From positions 34,749 through 98,748 of the forward strand of contig JAFGIP010000008.1 of NCBI GenBank assembly GCA_016929525.1: 64,000 nt of DNA. Direction: 5' to 3'. A model generated the notes under the pieces. It saw only the letters and a list, made by a program, of their open reading frames with translations, was not told where the DNA came from and did no database searches. Source of the stretch: Bacteroidales bacterium (GTDB lineage: Bacteria; Bacteroidota; Bacteroidia; Bacteroidales; UBA10428). Below are positions 61,430 through 64,000 of this stretch, piece by piece. Each line of letters starts with the position of its first letter. Position 1 is the stretch's first letter. The translations under genes and the position numbers were made by a program.

Positions 61430-64000
61430 ATGTCATTCAGAAAAGACACAAAAGTAAAAAGCAATTTCTCTAAAATTGCCATTGGATTAGCTTCTCCTGA
61501 AGAAGTGCTTGAACGATCAAGCGGTGAAGTGTTAAAGCCGGAAACTATTAATTACAGAACATATAAGCCCGAGAGAGACGGCCTGTTCTGTGAAAGGATT
61601 TTCGGCCCGGTCAAGGATTACGAATGTCATTGTGGCAAATATAAGAGGATAAGATATAAAGGAATTGTATGCGACAGGTGTGGTGTTGAAGTAACAGAGA
61701 AGAAAGTACGTCGTGAAAGAATGGGACATATCTCCCTTGTTGTTCCTGTGGCTCACATCTGGTATTTCAAGTCACTGCCAAATAAAATTGGCTATTTGCT
61801 TGGGTTGCCTACTAAAAAGCTCGACTCAATTATATATTACGAAAGGTATGTGGTAATTAATCCCGGTATTAAAGCTGCCGATGGAGTTAATTACCTCGAT
61901 TTTCTGACTGAAGAGGAGTACCTCGATATTCTGGATACACTTCCAAAAGAAAATCAGTACCTCGATGATGATGATCCTGATAAATTCATCGCTGATATGG
62001 GAGCCGATGCTTTGTATAAATTGCTTTCACGTCTTGATCTTGACGATATGTCGTATTCACTTCGTCATAAAGCAAATACCGAAACTTCTCAACAAAGAAA
62101 AAACGAAGCATTAAAAAGATTACAGGTTGTTGAAGCATTTCGTGCCTCAAAAGGTGTTAACCGGCCTGAATGGATGATTGTTAAGGTTGTTCCGGTAATT
62201 CCTCCTGAACTAAGACCTCTGGTACCTCTTGATGGTGGCCGATTTGCAACATCCGACCTCAACGATCTGTATCGTCGAGTAATTATCAGGAATAATCGTC
62301 TGAAAAGACTTATCGAAATAAAAGCTCCCGAAGTGATTCTTCGAAATGAAAAAAGAATGCTTCAGGAAGCTGTTGATTCATTATTCGATAACTCGAGAAA
62401 AGCCAATGCAGTTAAAACTGATGCAAACCGTCCCTTAAAATCACTTAGTGATAGTCTGAAAGGAAAGCAAGGTCGCTTCCGTCAAAATCTGCTTGGTAAA
62501 AGGGTTGACTATTCAGCACGTTCGGTAATCGTTGTTGGTCCCGAACTTGATTTACACGAGTGTGGATTACCAAAAGATATGGCAGCGGAATTATACAAAC
62601 CATTTATCATCAGGAAGCTGATTGAAAGAGGTATTGTTAAAACAGTAAAATCTGCAAAGAAAATAGTCGACAGGAAAGATCCTGTTGTTTGGGATATTCT
62701 CGAAAATGTTCTGAAAGGTCACCCGGTTCTGTTAAACCGTGCCCCAACTTTACACCGCTTAGGTATACAGGCATTTCAGCCTAAACTTATTGAGGGTAAG
62801 GCTATTCAATTACATCCACTGGTTTGTACAGCGTTTAATGCCGACTTCGATGGTGACCAAATGGCTGTTCACCTGCCTCTTGGTAATGAAGCCGTGCTGG
62901 AAGCACAACTGTTAATGCTTGCTTCACATAATATACTGAACCCGGCAAACGGTGCACCTATCAGCGTACCATCACAGGATATGGTACTTGGTCTATATTA
63001 TATTACCAAAGCCAAAATAAATACCACAACAGAAAAAGTTAAAGGTGAAGGTATGACATTCTATTCACCTGAAGAGGTTAACATTGCATATAATGAAGGG
63101 CGTGTTGATCTTCATGCAATGGTTAAAGTAAAAGTAAACGACATTGAAAATGATGTTGTTGTACAAAAAATAATTGAAACTACTGTTGGCAGGGTTATCT
63201 TTAATGAAGTCGTTCCGGAAGAGGTCGGATACATTAACGAACTTCTTACCAAAAAGTCACTCCGTGAGATTATCAGCAAAGTTCTTAAAAAGTCAGGCGT
63301 TGCCCGTACTTCGAAATTCCTAGACGATATTAAGAACATCGGATATCACATGGCATTCAGAGGTGGTTTATCATTCAACCTTGATGACGTAATTATACCA
63401 GATGAAAAGAATGACCTTGTAAAAGAAGGTTATGAGCAGGTTGATGAAGTAATGAATAACTACAATCTTGGTTTTATTACAAATAATGAACGTTATAACC
63501 AGATTATTGACATTTGGACACATACAAATGCAAAGCTTACACAGACACTGATGAAGCAATTATCTTCTGACAGACAAGGCTTCAATGCAGTATATATGAT
63601 GCTCGATTCTGGTGCGAGGGGTTCTAAAGAACAGATTCGTCAGCTGTCAGGTATGCGCGGTTTAATGGCTAAACCACAGAAATCGGGTTCAACTGGGTCT
63701 GAAATTATTGAAAACCCGATACTTTCGAACTTTAAAGAAGGCCTTTCCGTGCTAGAATATTTTATTTCAACGCACGGTGCCAGAAAAGGTCTCGCAGATA
63801 CAGCACTTAAAACTGCCGACGCCGGTTATCTGACCCGCCGTTTGGTTGATGTATCGCAGGATGTAATTGTTACTGAAGAAGATTGTGGTACACTGCGTGG
63901 TTTGGTGGCAACAGCCATTAAAAACAACGAAGAAGTTGTTGAAAGCTTATCAGAAAGAGTACTTGGCCGAACTGCAGTACATGATATCTACCATCCAATG
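61430..64000 (+). CDS. rpoC: RNA polymerase beta-prime subunit (runs off the window end)
   Basis: Manual translation from ATG at 61430: [37 protein letters not shown]; NADFDGDQM near 62837. Confidence 0.99.
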   Translation, partial: MSFRKDTKVKSNFSKIAIGLASPEEVLERSSGEVLKPETINYRTYKPERDGLFCERIFGPVKDYECHCGKYKRIRYKGIVCDRCGVEVTEKKVRRERMGHISLVVPVAHIWYFKSLPNKIGYLLGLPTKKLDSIIYYERYVVINPGIKAADGVNYLDFLTEEEYLDILDTLPKENQYLDDDDPDKFIADMGADALYKLLSRLDLDDMSYSLRHKANTETSQQRKNEALKRLQVVEAFRASKGVNRPEWMIVKVVPVIPPELRPLVPLDGGRFATSDLNDLYRRVIIRNNRLKRLIEIKAPEVILRNEKRMLQEAVDSLFDNSRKANAVKTDANRPLKSLSDSLKGKQGRFRQNLLGKRVDYSARSVIVVGPELDLHECGLPKDMAAELYKPFIIRKLIERGIVKTVKSAKKIVDRKDPVVWDILENVLKGHPVLLNRAPTLHRLGIQAFQPKLIEGKAIQLHPLVCTAFNADFDGDQMAVHLPLGNEAVLEAQLLMLASHNILNPANGAPISVPSQDMVLGLYYITKAKINTTTEKVKGEGMTFYSPEEVNIAYNEGRVDLHAMVKVKVNDIENDVVVQKIIETTVGRVIFNEVVPEEVGYINELLTKKSLREIISKVLKKSGVARTSKFLDDIKNIGYHMAFRGGLSFNLDDVIIPDEKNDLVKEGYEQVDEVMNNYNLGFITNNERYNQIIDIWTHTNAKLTQTLMKQLSSDRQGFNAVYMMLDSGARGSKEQIRQLSGMRGLMAKPQKSGSTGSEIIENPILSNFKEGLSVLEYFISTHGARKGLADTALKTADAGYLTRRLVDVSQDVIVTEEDCGTLRGLVATAIKNNEEVVESLSERVLGRTAVHDIYHPM

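Overview
64 kb of a Bacteroidota chromosome, probably an anaerobic Bacteroidales (inferred from TAnnTTTG promoters, porT-trmH-tamL-fbaA, rpsU-xerC-hpf and the GH97/HYC_CC_PP content). Left part: partial ald, a CusA/TolC/CusB heavy-metal efflux operon and an alpha-glucoside locus (GH65, pgmB, MFS, GH97). That locus is interrupted by an accessory block at about 14.5-22.9 kb carrying an AraC gene, a hydrolase operon and a decayed vapBC module, with attC-like hairpin repeats. Middle: an hfsABC-like sensory [FeFe]-hydrogenase cluster divergent from rex, whose hydrogenase-like protein has lost all H-cluster cysteines; a Ni/Co-type transporter; miaA, aconitase and gap; and two unannotated 43-44 aa lipoproteins with a CPAY motif. 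Right part: core genes, five tRNAs, tuf-secE-nusG-rplKAJL-rpoB and partial rpoC, plus a tRNA-Trp fragment split by a palindromic insertion. Best novelty candidates: the H-cluster-less hydrogenase-like sensor, the integron-cassette-like architecture without an integrase, and the CPAY micro-lipoprotein/beta-barrel operon. All calls come from manual reading and motif recognition; no database search was run.
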